A stretch of DNA of 64,000 nucleotides from Alphaproteobacteria bacterium (GCA_018650465.1 JABIFY010000092.1:15477-79476); one strand, 5' to 3'. Shown: positions 10,292-21,690, numbered from the stretch's first letter. Numbers and translations are program-made. The notes: generated by a model not told the origin, from the sequence alone.

Positions 10292-11015
10292 ACATACTGT
10301 TCTGGACGGAAGTCTGGTCCTGAACCAGCCAGCTACGGGCTACAGGGCTGCAATTGATCCGGTCTTGTTGGCCGCATCAGTGGTTGCCCGTGCCGGTGAC
10401 AGGATACTTGACCTCGGGACCGGCATTGGAACGGCGGCCTTGTGCCTGGCCCAACGGTGTCCTGACGTTCAAATCGTCGGACTGGAATTGCAAAGTGAGC
10501 TGGCCGGGCTTGCCCGCGAAAATGCAGAGCAGAATAAACTGTGTGCGTTAGTGAATATCCTGGAAGGGGACATCAATTGCCCACCTGCGTCCCTTGGCGA
10601 CGCAACATTTGACCAGGTTATCGCCAATCCGCCCTTTTATCGGGCTGATCAGGCGCAGGTGTCGCCAAATCAGATCAAGGCTGTGGCAAATGTGGAAGGG
10701 GCTGGAGGGCTTGAAGCCTGGGTTGTTTCCGCCCGCCAGTTTTTGAAGGAAGGCGGCATTTTGACAATTATTCATACCGCTGACCGCCTGGCGGACCTTG
10801 TAGATGTGGTAGGAAATTATCAATTTGGCAGTGTCGAAATAATGCCTTTCTGGCCGAAGCAAGGACGTCCGGCCAAACGCGTAATTGTACGTTGTCGCAA
10901 AGGTGGCAAGGGCGCAACTGTCCTGCATGGCGGGCTGGTCTTGCACAATGCTGACGGTGGTTTCACGCGCGAAGCTGACAAAATCCTTAAAGAGTCCGTC
11001 AGTCTGGATTTTTGA
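10254..11015 (+). CDS. tRNA (adenine-N6)-methyltransferase family (YfiC/TrmN6-like)
   Basis: ILDLGTGIGTAAL SAM-binding loop and NPPF catalytic motif (VIANPPFY). Overlaps the preceding ORF, so the start is probably at the GTGs at 10275/10278 rather than the TTG at 10254. Confidence 0.75.
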   Translation: MSRQWTIVVSKTEHTVLDGSLVLNQPATGYRAAIDPVLLAASVVARAGDRILDLGTGIGTAALCLAQRCPDVQIVGLELQSELAGLARENAEQNKLCALVNILEGDINCPPASLGDATFDQVIANPPFYRADQAQVSPNQIKAVANVEGAGGLEAWVVSARQFLKEGGILTIIHTADRLADLVDVVGNYQFGSVEIMPFWPKQGRPAKRVIVRCRKGGKGATVLHGGLVLHNADGGFTREADKILKESVSLDF

Positions 11016-11095
11016 TAAAAATCCCTTTTTTTGAAAAACCGCGATGAGGCAACGCTGCGCTTCCGTGAGACCCGGAAACGCTCTAGAATTCACCC

Positions 11096-11980
11096 ATGGA
11101 AATAAACTTAACAAATTGGCTAACCTGGCTACCGTTTGATCGGTTTCGCAGTCCCCGCCCGGTTGTGGCCGTTATTCGTTTGTCTGGCGTTATTGGTCAG
11201 GGCGGGCGATTTCAGCAGGGATTGAATATTCATGCCCTGGGCAGCAGCCTGGAAACCGCTTTCAAGACCAGCGGACTAACAGCGGTGGCACTTGCCATCA
11301 ATTCTCCTGGTGGTGCCCCGGCTCAATCCAATTTGATCTATGCGCGTATTCGTGCGCTGGCCGCTGAAAAGGAAATGCCCGTTCTTGCATTCGCTGAAGA
11401 TGTTGCGGCTTCGGGCGGTTATTGGCTGGCTTGTGCGGCAGATGAAATCTATGCGGATGTTAATTCAATTGTAGGCTCAATCGGTGTCGTCTCGGCCGGG
11501 TTTGGCTTTCAGGACATGCTGGAGAAAGTTGGTGTTGAGCGCCGCATTCATGCTCAAGGTGATCGCAAGGCCATGCTGGACCCCTTCGAGCCGGAGCGAG
11601 AATCTGATGTTAAGCGCTTGCTGGCGATCCAGAAAAATATCCACGACAATTTCAAGAACCTGGTCAGGGAACGGCGGGGCGAGCGAGTGAAAATCAGCGA
11701 CCGCAAACTCTTTTCCGGTGATATTTGGACGGGGCGTGAAGCTCTGGATGCCGGTCTGATTGATGGCCTTGGCGAAATGCGCGAAATTTTGCACCAGAAA
11801 TACGGTGATGACGTAAAAATCCGCGAGGTCGGCAGAAAGTCATCTTTCCTGAAAAGACTGATCGGACGCGGCAGTGCCTCAGCGCCAGACCTGAATTTTG
11901 AGAACCCCTTGGGAAACCTGCCCGGCCAATTGCTGACAGCAATTGAAGACCGGGCATTCTGGTCTCGTTTTGGTCTCTAG
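11096..11980 (+). CDS. S49 family peptidase (SppA-like, short form)
   Basis: INSPGGAPAQSN and DVAASGGYWLACAADEIYA catalytic-serine region typical of the S49/ClpP fold. Confidence 0.75.
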   Translation: MEINLTNWLTWLPFDRFRSPRPVVAVIRLSGVIGQGGRFQQGLNIHALGSSLETAFKTSGLTAVALAINSPGGAPAQSNLIYARIRALAAEKEMPVLAFAEDVAASGGYWLACAADEIYADVNSIVGSIGVVSAGFGFQDMLEKVGVERRIHAQGDRKAMLDPFEPERESDVKRLLAIQKNIHDNFKNLVRERRGERVKISDRKLFSGDIWTGREALDAGLIDGLGEMREILHQKYGDDVKIREVGRKSSFLKRLIGRGSASAPDLNFENPLGNLPGQLLTAIEDRAFWSRFGL

Positions 11981-11983
11981 ATT

Positions 11984-13123
11984 TTAATAACCGGACAAGG
12001 TCGCAAAACGATCCCGGTGCCAGGCGGATGAACCAAAGGTATGTTCTGCCACCCGGGCCCGCTTGAGATAAAGACCGGAATCATGTTCATCCGTCATGCC
12101 AATGCCACCATGCATTTGCACACCTTCACTGGAGATCAGGTGCATGGCATCGCCAACCTTTGCCTTGGCAAAACTGGCCATGGCAGGCATATCATCGCGG
12201 CCTTCATCAACAGCTGTCAGTGCTTCCATAACGACTGAATTGCAGATTTCCAGTTCGCCAAACATCTTTACGGCACGATGCTGCAAAGCCTGAAATGTGC
12301 CAATGGGTTGGCCAAACTGATGGCGCTCCTTCAGATATTCCAGTGTAAATTCAAAGACTTGTTGGGCAGCGCCCAGCATCTCGGCGGCCAGGGCGATCCG
12401 GCCACGGTCAAGCACAGCATCCAGTATATCGGCACCTTTATCCTGCGTCCCCAGCAAGTCACCCGCATCCAGACGAACATTGCCAAATTTGACATTGGAA
12501 GCATTTCGATTGTCGACCATGGAAAGGGCCTCAATCTCGACACCGTCTGAATCAGCCGCCACGACAAATAATGAAATGCCATCGCGGTCTGTGCCTTTGC
12601 CAGATGTCCGGGCGGAGACGATCAGTTGATTGGCAACGTGGCCATCCAGAACCTGGCATTTGTTACCGTTCAGCACCCAACCGTCACCATCGGCCGTAGC
12701 CGTTGTTTCGACGCCATATGGAGCGTGATGGGCACCTTCCTCTGCCGCCAGGGCCAACAGGCATTTGCCCTCGGCAATCGCGGGCAAGAAAGTTGATTTC
12801 TGTTCATCCGATCCACCCAACATCAAGGCTGAGCTACCCAGCACGATGGTGGACACCAGGGGTGATGGCAACAAAGTGCGCCCGGTTTCCTCCAGCACAA
12901 CGCCCAAGCCCTGAAAGCCAAAGTCGGCACCGCCAAATTCTTCCGGAATAATCACGCCAGCCCAGCCAAGTTCGGCCATTTCTGTCCACAGGGCCTTGTC
13001 AAATCCATCGGCGTTTTCTTCGTCCCGGATTTTGCGGAAGGCACTGACAGGTCCCTTGTCACTGACAAAGTCACGCGCGGAATCGCGCAACATGTTTTGT
13101 TCTTCGTTTAAGATCATCGCCAT
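11984..13123 (-). CDS. Acyl-CoA dehydrogenase family protein
   Basis: ACAD-fold pattern throughout. Last gene of the minus-strand beta-oxidation operon. Confidence 0.8.
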   Translation of the reverse strand: MAMILNEEQNMLRDSARDFVSDKGPVSAFRKIRDEENADGFDKALWTEMAELGWAGVIIPEEFGGADFGFQGLGVVLEETGRTLLPSPLVSTIVLGSSALMLGGSDEQKSTFLPAIAEGKCLLALAAEEGAHHAPYGVETTATADGDGWVLNGNKCQVLDGHVANQLIVSARTSGKGTDRDGISLFVVAADSDGVEIEALSMVDNRNASNVKFGNVRLDAGDLLGTQDKGADILDAVLDRGRIALAAEMLGAAQQVFEFTLEYLKERHQFGQPIGTFQALQHRAVKMFGELEICNSVVMEALTAVDEGRDDMPAMASFAKAKVGDAMHLISSEGVQMHGGIGMTDEHDSGLYLKRARVAEHTFGSSAWHRDRFATLSGY

Positions 13124-13138
13124 GAAACTGTTCCTGAA

Positions 13139-14335
13139 CTACTGATGGTCGCGCAGGCCAAGAACCTGCTTGGCGACAACATTGGTGTTAATCTCCGAAG
13201 TGCCACCTTCGATGGAGTTGCCTTTTGAGCGCAGCCACTGGCGGGTCGCCGCAATTTCATCTTCGCTGAAGCTATCGCCTGACCAGCCCAAACCCTGGGC
13301 CCCCATGGCTTCAACGGTCAGCTCGCAACGATCCTGATTGATTTTGGCACCATAGGATTTAAACAAAGATGACGCGGCACTGGGACCGGACCCCTGCGTC
13401 GCTTCCAAGGCAACCCGCTTCAGAGTCAGCTGGAAGCCAAGGTCTTCCATACGATGGGTCACAATGCGTTCCCGCAGGCTGGCGTCGGCCAGTTTGCCGT
13501 CGTCGTTTGTGCCGACATAATTACGGGCAACAAATTCAAGTGGCACGGGTTCTGAACCTGTGACGGCACCAAAATTGGAAATCGACGTACGCTCGTGCTG
13601 CAACAATCGTTTGGCAATGGTCCAGCCCGCGTTCAGCTTGCCAACCAAATGAGATTGCGGCACCCGTACATCTCTAAAGAATGTTTCACAGAACGGGGAT
13701 GATCCAGAGATCAGTTTGATCGGCCGGGTCTCTACTCCCTCTGTTTCCATATCAAACAGAATGAAACTGATACCTTCATGTTTGACCGATGTGTCTGTGC
13801 GGACCAGGCAGAATATCCAGTCAGCCTGATCAGCATAGGATGTCCAAACCTTCTGCCCATTGATCACATAGTCATCACCATCTGGCACAGCGCGGGTTTG
13901 CAAGCCGGCAAGGTCGGAACCTGCACCCGGTTCGGAATAACCCTGACACCAACGGATTTCACCGCGAACGATTTGCGGCAGGAATTTCAGTTTCTGTTCT
14001 TCACTGGCAAACTCCAGCAAGGCTGGGCCCAACATCCAGAGACCAAAGCTGAACAAAGCCGGTCGCGCGTTGATGCGTTTCAACTCGCTTTGCAGGATCA
14101 TGTTTTGATCCTTGCTTAAGCCCCCGCCACCGTATTCGGTGGGCCAAACAGGGGCCGTCCAACCGCGCGCCGACATGCGTTCCAACCAGATTTTGGAATC
14201 AGGATTGGGGAATTGTGCGTTGCGGCCACCCCAGACAATTTCATTTTCGCTCATGGGCTCACGCATGGAGGCCGGGCAATTTTTCTCAAGCCAATCGCGC
14301 GTTTCCTGGCGGAACTGTTCCTGATCAGTCATCAT
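13139..14335 (-). CDS. Acyl-CoA dehydrogenase family protein
   Basis: ACAD N-terminal, middle and C-terminal domain pattern (WTAPVWPTEYGGGG, QGYSEPGAGSD). Sits 16 bp upstream of the second ACAD. Confidence 0.8.
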   Translation of the reverse strand: MMTDQEQFRQETRDWLEKNCPASMREPMSENEIVWGGRNAQFPNPDSKIWLERMSARGWTAPVWPTEYGGGGLSKDQNMILQSELKRINARPALFSFGLWMLGPALLEFASEEQKLKFLPQIVRGEIRWCQGYSEPGAGSDLAGLQTRAVPDGDDYVINGQKVWTSYADQADWIFCLVRTDTSVKHEGISFILFDMETEGVETRPIKLISGSSPFCETFFRDVRVPQSHLVGKLNAGWTIAKRLLQHERTSISNFGAVTGSEPVPLEFVARNYVGTNDDGKLADASLRERIVTHRMEDLGFQLTLKRVALEATQGSGPSAASSLFKSYGAKINQDRCELTVEAMGAQGLGWSGDSFSEDEIAATRQWLRSKGNSIEGGTSEINTNVVAKQVLGLRDHQ

Positions 14336-14344
14336 TCAAACTTT

Positions 14345-15250
14345 CTATTTTGTGGCTTCAGCAGCTTGTTGCAAAAACTTTTGTGTCTGGTCCGAAGCAC
14401 CGTTCATTTCACGCAAGGAAGACAGATCAGAAATCTGATCCCAGTTCTGCGCAACATCGTCGGCGCTCGCACCAGCAGAAATATGCATGCCTTCCGATTC
14501 CTGGATGGCTGCGATGGCGAAGCTGCCAGCACCCGCACATAGAATGTTCCGGGTTGGTGCCTGGTCTGATGCCAGATAGACAACGCCAGCGGTGACGCTT
14601 TCGGGCTGCAAAAGACCGTGGAATTCAGCGGGAATGATGTCCTTTGTCATTCGGGTCAAGGCCACAGGTGCGATGGTGTTGACGAAGATGTTGTTCTTGC
14701 GACCTTCCAGCACCAGCGTATTCATGAAGCCAACGACGCCCATTTTGGCAGCGCCATAGTTCGCCTGGCCAAAGTTGCCATATAGTCCGCTGGCAGATGT
14801 TGTCATGACAATGCGGCCATAATTCTGCTCACGCATGACCGCCCAAACAGCCTTGGTGCAATTGACGGAGCCGATCAGGTGGACATCAACAACAACCTGG
14901 AAATCAGCAACTTCCATTTTGTTGAACGACTTGTCGCGCAAGATTCCGGCGTTATTGATCAGAACATCAATCCGGCCCCAGGCATCCATCACTAATGCAA
15001 CCATGGCGTTGACACTGTCCAGTTTCGTGACGTCTGTCCCGTCTGCCATGGCTGTACCGCCAGAGGCTTCGATTTCAGCAACAACTGCATTTGCAGCCGC
15101 ACTGGAACCACCACTGCCATCCACTGCACCGCCAAAGTCGTTTACAACGACCTTGGCGCCACGTGCAGCAAGTTCCAGGGCGTGACTGCGGCCAAGACCG
15201 CCGCCAGCACCCGTGACAATCGCAACTTGACCGTCAAAACTTATTGTCAT
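14345..15250 (-). CDS. SDR-family (R)-3-hydroxyacyl-CoA dehydrogenase, MFE-2/HSD17B4-like
   Basis: VAIVTGAGGGLGRSHALELAARGAKVVVNDFGG...DGSGGSSAAANAVVAEI is the hallmark of the MFE-2 N-terminal dehydrogenase. Catalytic YxxxK present. Confidence 0.75.
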   Translation of the reverse strand: MTISFDGQVAIVTGAGGGLGRSHALELAARGAKVVVNDFGGAVDGSGGSSAAANAVVAEIEASGGTAMADGTDVTKLDSVNAMVALVMDAWGRIDVLINNAGILRDKSFNKMEVADFQVVVDVHLIGSVNCTKAVWAVMREQNYGRIVMTTSASGLYGNFGQANYGAAKMGVVGFMNTLVLEGRKNNIFVNTIAPVALTRMTKDIIPAEFHGLLQPESVTAGVVYLASDQAPTRNILCAGAGSFAIAAIQESEGMHISAGASADDVAQNWDQISDLSSLREMNGASDQTQKFLQQAAEATK

Positions 15251-15365
15251 TCTATATAGCCCCTACTAAAGCGAGTCCGGTTTTACCCGAATTGCCTCGT
15301 TTCATTTTATCGTTGCTTTTCAATGCCTCGTCGTAATCCCGTGTTTCAGAACAAGGCTGAAACAC

Positions 15366-16550
15366 TTAGAGGATTTCGAACAGGCCAGCGGCACCCATGC
15401 CACCACCAACACACATTGTGATGACGGCGTATTTGACGCCTCGACGCTTGCCTTCGATCAAGGCGTGCCCGGTCATGCGGGCACCGCTCATGCCATAGGG
15501 ATGACCGATGGAGATCGAGCCACCATTGACGTTCAGGTTTTCATCCGGAATGCCCAACTTGTCACGGCAATACAGAACCTGCACAGCAAATGCTTCGTTC
15601 AGTTCCCACAGGCCAATGTCATCCATTTTCAGGCCATTGCGTTCCAGAAGCTTTGGAATGGCGTACACAGGACCGATGCCCATTTCATCAGGCTCGCAAC
15701 CAGCGACGGCCATGCCACGATAGATGCCCAAAGGCTCAAGGCCTTTTTGTTCGGCCAATTTGGCGTTCATGACAACTGATGCCGAGGCACCATCCGACAA
15801 CTGACTGGCGTTGCCCGCGGTAATGACCTTGTCTTCGCCCAGGACAGGCTTCAGGGATTGCAGGCCTTCAAGGGTTGTGCTGGCCCGATTACATTCGTCG
15901 CCTGTGACGGTGACTTCGTGAATGGAAACCTCTTTGGTCTCCTTGTTCATTTTGCCCCATTGGGCTGTGACTGGAACGATCTCATCGTCAAACTTGCCTG
16001 CTTCCTGGGCGGCAGCGGTACGTTGCTGGCTTTGCAGGCTGTAGGCATCCTGATCTTCGCGGCTGATACCATAGCGCGATGCGACAGTTTCAGCTGTGTT
16101 CAGCATATTCATGTAAATATTCGGAGCGATTTCCAGCAAAGCCGGATCAGCAGCGCGGTACGTGTTCATATGTTCGTTCTGCACCAGGCTGATGGAATCA
16201 AGTCCACCGCCAACGGCAATCGGCATGCCGTCATCACTGACTTGTTTGGACGCCGTTGCAATGGCCATCAAACCAGATGAACATTGACGATCCATGGTCA
16301 TGCCAGAGACGGTTACCGGACAGCCAGCACGCAGGGCGATCTGACGGGCGACGTTGCCGCCTGTGCTACCTTGCTGCAAGGCTGCACCCATGATGACGTC
16401 ATCAACTTCACCGGCTTCAATGCCAGCGCGCTGAATAGCGGCAGAAACAGCATGACTGCCCAGGGTCGGGCCTTCGGTATTATTGAACGAACCTCTGAAC
16501 GCTTTTCCGATGGGGGTGCGGGCGGTTGATACGATTACGGCTTCAGCCAT
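15366..16550 (-). CDS. Acetyl-CoA C-acyltransferase (3-ketoacyl-CoA thiolase)
   Basis: [13 protein letters not shown]-terminus. Thiolase active-site Cys context present. C-terminal GGGMG.AGLFE. Confidence 0.85.
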   Translation of the reverse strand: MAEAVIVSTARTPIGKAFRGSFNNTEGPTLGSHAVSAAIQRAGIEAGEVDDVIMGAALQQGSTGGNVARQIALRAGCPVTVSGMTMDRQCSSGLMAIATASKQVSDDGMPIAVGGGLDSISLVQNEHMNTYRAADPALLEIAPNIYMNMLNTAETVASRYGISREDQDAYSLQSQQRTAAAQEAGKFDDEIVPVTAQWGKMNKETKEVSIHEVTVTGDECNRASTTLEGLQSLKPVLGEDKVITAGNASQLSDGASASVVMNAKLAEQKGLEPLGIYRGMAVAGCEPDEMGIGPVYAIPKLLERNGLKMDDIGLWELNEAFAVQVLYCRDKLGIPDENLNVNGGSISIGHPYGMSGARMTGHALIEGKRRGVKYAVITMCVGGGMGAAGLFEIL

Positions 16551-16615
16551 GGGGTCTCTCCTGAAATTGATAAAGGGGGATTGTTTGATTATTGATGTGT
16601 GACTAACGGTGTTGT

Positions 16616-17416
16616 TCAGCGACCCTTAAAGACGGGCGGGCGTTTTTCTACAAAAGCTTTGGCTGCTTCCTGATGATCTTCCGTCATGCCGCTGCGGGAA
16701 TGATGTAAGGCTTCCATATCCAGCATATCTCTTAAAGGCGCGCCACCTTCTGCGGCATTCAGATTACGTTTCATATAACGATAGGCGATCCGGGGACCCG
16801 CAGCCAGCCCTTCGGCAAGTCCCAGCGCTTCGGCCTCATATTCTGCGTCAGGAAATACATGATTGACCATGCCCAAGGTCAAGGCTTCGTCCGCCATCAC
16901 AAGTGCCGCTGTATAATAAAGTTCGCGCGCCTTGGCGGTACCAACCAGGTGGGTCAGGTAATAACTGCCACCGAAGTCACCAGAATAGCCAACTTTGGCA
17001 AAAGCCGTTGTGAATTTAGCCGATGCGGCAGCAATGCGCATGTCGCAGGAAAGTGCCAAGGAAAGCCCGGCACCGGCTGCGGCGCCACCGACCATGGCAA
17101 TAGTTGGCTTCGGCATTTCATGCAGCAGGCGGGATGTTTCCATTACGGCCCGCAATTGCTGGGTTTTTGCTTCAAGAGATTCAGCCTCAAATTCCTCGCC
17201 TGCGGCCATGGCCTTGACGTCACCGCCAGCACAAAAGGCACCACCGGCACCGGTGAGCACGACACAACCGATGGACTCATCAGCCGACAGACGGCCCAGT
17301 TTTTCCAGCATGGACAACAGCATTTCTGTGCTCATGGCGTTGCGCCGATCCGGGCGGTTCATGGTCAGGATGGCAACACCACCGCGAATTTCTTCCAATA
17401 GATGGTCGGTCATTTT
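16616..17416 (-). CDS. Enoyl-CoA hydratase/isomerase (crotonase family)
   Basis: Oxyanion-hole signature [12 protein letters not shown]. Start placed at the internal Met (MTDHLLEEI), which leaves an 8-nt gap to tesB instead of an overlap. Confidence 0.8.
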   Translation of the reverse strand, partial: KMTDHLLEEIRGGVAILTMNRPDRRNAMSTEMLLSMLEKLGRLSADESIGCVVLTGAGGAFCAGGDVKAMAAGEEFEAESLEAKTQQLRAVMETSRLLHEMPKPTIAMVGGAAAGAGLSLALSCDMRIAAASAKFTTAFAKVGYSGDFGGSYYLTHLVGTAKARELYYTAALVMADEALTLGMVNHVFPDAEYEAEALGLAEGLAAGPRIAYRYMKRNLNAAEGGAPLRDMLDMEALHHSRSGMTEDHQEAAKAFVEKRPPVFKGR

Positions 17417-17423
17417 TTGTTCC

Positions 17424-18284
17424 TTATTTGTCGTGAAGCCGGGCGAGGCCTTCCTGGGTGACGGATGCAATCAGGATGCCCTCCCTGGAATAGATTTCGC
17501 CGCGATTAAAACCTCTGGCCCCGGAAGCACTGGGGCTGTCCTGGGCGTAGAGCATCCACTCGTCTGCCTTGAAGGCGCGATGAAACCACATGGCATGATC
17601 CAGGCTGGCCATTTGAATATTCTGGGTGAGGAACCCCAAACCGTGGGGTCCAAGACTGGTTTCCAACAACGACATGTCCGAGGCATAAGCCAAAACACAT
17701 TTGTGGATGCTCGGATCATCCGGCAGTTCATGGCGCGCCTTGAACCAGACGTTTTTGGCGGCGTCCCGGATGGGTGGGTCGGTTGGATCGTGTGGATTAA
17801 CCGGGCGTATTTCCACAGGACGTTCCCGTGAATACCAGGCCCTGTATTTCTCAGGGATTTTATCCATTATATCGGCACGAAGATCTTGTTCCGACTTCAG
17901 ATCTTCCGGCATGGGCACGTCCGGCATTGTACTTTGATGATCAAGGCCTTCTTCTGAAATCTGATAAGACACAGACATGCTGAAGATGGCTTTGCCGTGT
18001 TGGATGCCGTTTACCCGACGGGTGGTGAAGCTTTTGCCATCCCTGATCCGGTCGACGTCATATATAATGGGTATTTCCGGATCGCCTGGCCGCAAGAAAT
18101 AGCCATGCAGGGAATGGGCCTCCCGATCTTCAACAGTTCTTGAAGCCGCGACCAGTGCCTGGCCCAGAACCTGGCCACCAAAAACACGAACCATTCGTTC
18201 CTTGGGGCTAAAGCCACGAAACAGGTTTACTTCGATCTGTTCAAGGTCAAGCAGTCCAACCAGCTGGTCGAGTGGATCAGTCAT
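17424..18284 (-). CDS. tesB: Acyl-CoA thioesterase II
   Basis: LLDLEQIEVNLFRG...RVFGGQVLGQAL...DGKSF matches the TesB double hot-dog fold. Confidence 0.85.
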   Translation of the reverse strand: MTDPLDQLVGLLDLEQIEVNLFRGFSPKERMVRVFGGQVLGQALVAASRTVEDREAHSLHGYFLRPGDPEIPIIYDVDRIRDGKSFTTRRVNGIQHGKAIFSMSVSYQISEEGLDHQSTMPDVPMPEDLKSEQDLRADIMDKIPEKYRAWYSRERPVEIRPVNPHDPTDPPIRDAAKNVWFKARHELPDDPSIHKCVLAYASDMSLLETSLGPHGLGFLTQNIQMASLDHAMWFHRAFKADEWMLYAQDSPSASGARGFNRGEIYSREGILIASVTQEGLARLHDK

Positions 18285-18301
18285 TCAAAGGGCGTCCTTT
18301 A

Positions 18302-19882
18302 TCAACTGTTTTTCCAGTAAGGTTCCCGCAGTTCACGTTTGAGAATCTTGCCGATCGTGCTGCGCGGCAGTGTTTCTACAAACTCGATGCCCGACAACCG
18401 TTGTGCCTTGCCCAGTTTACTATTTGCCCAGGCCGTCAAATCCTCTGCCGATGCCTTGGCACCGGGTTCCGCAACAACCAGACCAAGCGGTGTTTCGCCC
18501 CACTGATCGGACGGAATACCAATGACCGCAATATCAGCAACATCCGGATGATCGGTCAGAACGGCTTCCAGATCGGCGGCATAGATATTAAAGCCGCCAG
18601 AAATGATCATATCCTTGATTCGATCCAGCAGGAACAAAAAGCCGTCTTCGTCAAACCGGCCCATGTCGCCTGTGCGGAAAAACGTAATACCCTCAGGGGA
18701 TTGCCACAGCATATCATCTGTCAGGTCCTGGCGTTTGTAATATCCGGCCATCATACCCTGCGACCGTCCGACAACTTCACCGATTTCACCTTGCGCCAAT
18801 TCATTGCCTTCAGCGTCGATAAGTCTGATGTCAGCGGTTTCAGCCGGCACGCCAACAGATTCCAGCTTGGTTGGAAAATCCGTGCAACTCAGGATCGTTG
18901 ATCCGCCGCCTTCTGTCAGGCCATAGATTTCCAGCATCTTGCCGGGCCAGCGGGCGACGATCTGTTGTTTGATGCCAATACGTAGCGGTGCACTTGTGGA
19001 AAACTTCAGCTCGTACGAAGACAGGTCGGTTTTGTCGAAATCTTCGTGGTCAAGCACACGCTGGTACTGAACCGGGACCAGCATGGCAGTGTTCACTTTT
19101 TCGGCTTCCGACAAACGAAGGAACTCATCGGCTTTGAACTTTTCCATCAAAACAACGGTTCCACCCCAGGCCAGCGTCGGTAGAGCCACGACCAGGGTGG
19201 TGTTTGAATAAAAAGGTGTCGACACCAGGGAAATGGTATTTTCATCGATGCCCGATACGCCAAAGCGTTCCACGTGGAATGCCCGCATGTCATGATTTTG
19301 CTGGATGCCTTTGGGTACGCCGGTAGTGCCCGACGAATAGATGATGTTGAAGCCGTAGTCGGGTTTTATTTCAATTTCAGGGTCGGCGTCATCAGCAGCA
19401 TCCCGCCAGGCAGTGAAATTCTGCCAGCCATCGGCTTCAAAATCCGCAGCAATGAGACCGTTTTGTATCATGTTTGGGAAATTTTGTCCGTCAGAAGCTA
19501 GCAAATTACGCATGTTTTCTGAGATCATCAGCACCCTGGAATCGGAGTCATTGATCATCACTTCAAGCTGTTCAGCCGACGCCATACCCGACAAAGGAAC
19601 AACACAAGCACCTGCTCTCAACGCGCCAACAAACATCTCCGCATAAGCCAGTGACGTCGACGCCAGCACGGCAACCTTGTCTTCAGGCTTGATCCCCATC
19701 CCGATCAAGGCGTTGGCGACCTGGTCAACATGACGGGCGAAATCCCTCCAGGAAGTCCGCTCACCTTTATAAATGATCGCCGGGTGATCACCACGCTCCC
19801 GGCCCATTCGGGCGATCTGGCCTGGAACGTCAGTGAATGCGGCGGCGCTGGAGCCATCCGTGGAAGCGTTGGATAAAGTCAT
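18302..19882 (-). CDS. Acyl-CoA synthetase (AMP-binding)
   Basis: YSSGTTGVPKG AMP-binding motif. C-terminal GKI...E ligase signature. Confidence 0.85.
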   Translation of the reverse strand: MTLSNASTDGSSAAAFTDVPGQIARMGRERGDHPAIIYKGERTSWRDFARHVDQVANALIGMGIKPEDKVAVLASTSLAYAEMFVGALRAGACVVPLSGMASAEQLEVMINDSDSRVLMISENMRNLLASDGQNFPNMIQNGLIAADFEADGWQNFTAWRDAADDADPEIEIKPDYGFNIIYSSGTTGVPKGIQQNHDMRAFHVERFGVSGIDENTISLVSTPFYSNTTLVVALPTLAWGGTVVLMEKFKADEFLRLSEAEKVNTAMLVPVQYQRVLDHEDFDKTDLSSYELKFSTSAPLRIGIKQQIVARWPGKMLEIYGLTEGGGSTILSCTDFPTKLESVGVPAETADIRLIDAEGNELAQGEIGEVVGRSQGMMAGYYKRQDLTDDMLWQSPEGITFFRTGDMGRFDEDGFLFLLDRIKDMIISGGFNIYAADLEAVLTDHPDVADIAVIGIPSDQWGETPLGLVVAEPGAKASAEDLTAWANSKLGKAQRLSGIEFVETLPRSTIGKILKRELREPYWKNS

Positions 19883-19907
19883 CTATCGAGAATTCCTATA
19901 GGGCACG

Positions 19908-21560
19908 TCAGGAGGATCGCAAACGATCAATCGTAGTATATGCAGAAATATGTTCAAGGCTGCTTTGGATGTTGATCAAGGCTGGCCCGGGATGCTCAAG
20001 GGCTTGTTGCAAGACCGGACCAATTTCATCGCTGTCAGTAACGGTCAAACCCAGGGCGCCATAAGCTGTTGCCATCATTGCAAAATCTGGATTATTCAAC
20101 ACCGTTGCTGAGACCCGTCCCGGGAAATGTTTTTCCTGATGGGCTCTGATCGTGCCGTAAGCACCATTGTTCGACAGCAATATTTTTATCGGTAATTCAT
20201 ATTGTACTGCCGTGGCCATTTCATTTCCCGTCATCATGAAACCACCATCCCCCACCAGGCAAATGACTTGCCGGTGTGGTTGGCGCAAGGCAGCTGCAAC
20301 GGCGGCAGGCACACCCATGCCCATGGCGCCAGCAACAGCGCCCAGCAGTGTGTGATCCTTGCCAAACATAAAGTGGCGATGAAGCCAACTGCCAAAGTTG
20401 CCGGCATCAGTAGCAATGACCGCGTCGTCGGCAATCTGTTTTTGTAGTTCCGCTATGACAAACCCAAAATCCAGCCCATCAGGGGCGGAAGACGCCGACC
20501 ACTCTGAAAGCTTTTTGGCGTGACTATTCAGGCGTTTGATCCATTCCTTGCGGCCCGCTGGAGGCGCCGGAACTGTATGTACACCAAGGGCTTGAACGAA
20601 CTCATTGCTTCGACAAATCAGGCCAAGCTCTGTCTCGTAAACCTTGCCCGGCACATAAGCGTCCGGGTAAATATGGACCAGAGGCTGGGCGGGTTCAGGG
20701 GCTTGAGGCAATACATAACCTTGTGTTGTTGCGTCGCCCAGGCGCGTGCCTAACGCAATGATCAGGTCCGCTTCTAACATGATATCGACTTGCGGTCGCG
20801 GAATGTTGTAACCCAGATAGCCACCGAAATTCGCATGATCATTCGGGAAAAGGTCCTGGTGTTTGAAGGAGGGAACAACAGATACGCCCCAGCTCTCCGC
20901 CATGGCCACAAGTTCTGGTTTCAGGCCAACGGTATCACCGCCAACAATAACAAGTGGACGAATGGAATTTGCAATTAGTTCAGCCACTTGCGCGACGTCA
21001 TCCTGAACCGGTGCCGGTACAATAACTTGCTGCTGCGGTTCCAGTTTGGCTTCAACCTCATCATCAAGCATGTCTTCCGGCAAGACAATGACAACCGGCC
21101 CCTGAGTAGGGGTTTTGGAAATCCGCACGGCGGCGGCAATGACTTCAGGCAGAGTTTCCGGATCAGTGACGGTATGAACCCATTTTGCCATGTCTTCAAA
21201 AGTTGTTTCGTAATCAACTTCCTGGAAAGCGCCACGCCCCAAATCATCACGTGCGACCTGACCAACAAAGAGGATCAAAGGTGCCGCATCCTGTTCAGCC
21301 GTGTGGACGGCAATAGAAGCGTTTGTCGCCCCTGGACCCCGGCTGACAAAGGCGACGCCTGGCTCGCCGGTTAGTTTGGCATCAGCAACAGCCATAAAAC
21401 CTGCACCACCTTCGTGACGGCAGGTAATAACATCAAAATTATTGGCAGATGCAATGGCGTCCAGGACAGGCAAATAGCTTTCGCCTGGCACGCAAAAACC
21501 CCTGTTCAGGTCATGATGTTGGAGGCAATCAATAAGAAGGTCGGCCGCGCGACGGGTCAT
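19908..21560 (-). CDS. Thiamine-diphosphate-dependent enzyme (acetolactate-synthase/oxalyl-CoA-decarboxylase-like fold)
   Basis: TPP N-terminal PYR domain (GFCVPGESYLPVLDAI...GPGATNASIAVHTA) and C-terminal PP domain (GDGGFMMTGNEMATA). Start taken at the internal Met (MTRRAADLL). Confidence 0.7.
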   Translation of the reverse strand: MTRRAADLLIDCLQHHDLNRGFCVPGESYLPVLDAIASANNFDVITCRHEGGAGFMAVADAKLTGEPGVAFVSRGPGATNASIAVHTAEQDAAPLILFVGQVARDDLGRGAFQEVDYETTFEDMAKWVHTVTDPETLPEVIAAAVRISKTPTQGPVVIVLPEDMLDDEVEAKLEPQQQVIVPAPVQDDVAQVAELIANSIRPLVIVGGDTVGLKPELVAMAESWGVSVVPSFKHQDLFPNDHANFGGYLGYNIPRPQVDIMLEADLIIALGTRLGDATTQGYVLPQAPEPAQPLVHIYPDAYVPGKVYETELGLICRSNEFVQALGVHTVPAPPAGRKEWIKRLNSHAKKLSEWSASSAPDGLDFGFVIAELQKQIADDAVIATDAGNFGSWLHRHFMFGKDHTLLGAVAGAMGMGVPAAVAAALRQPHRQVICLVGDGGFMMTGNEMATAVQYELPIKILLSNNGAYGTIRAHQEKHFPGRVSATVLNNPDFAMMATAYGALGLTVTDSDEIGPVLQQALEHPGPALINIQSSLEHISAYTTIDRLRSS

Positions 21561-21690
21561 GGCGTTCTTTGGGTAATCAAGGTGACAGGAAACATCAATT
21601 TTGATGTGGGGGGACCAGGATTGTACCCATGACAAGTCTGTTCAGCAATCACCTCTCACGCTGTTTCTCGCGCCGGACAAATAAAGCTGG

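Noticed and set aside
16995-17831. 278-aa plus-strand ORF spanning the hydratase/tesB junction
   Set aside because: It is antisense to two well-supported beta-oxidation genes, with an Ala/Pro/Ser-rich low-complexity translation.
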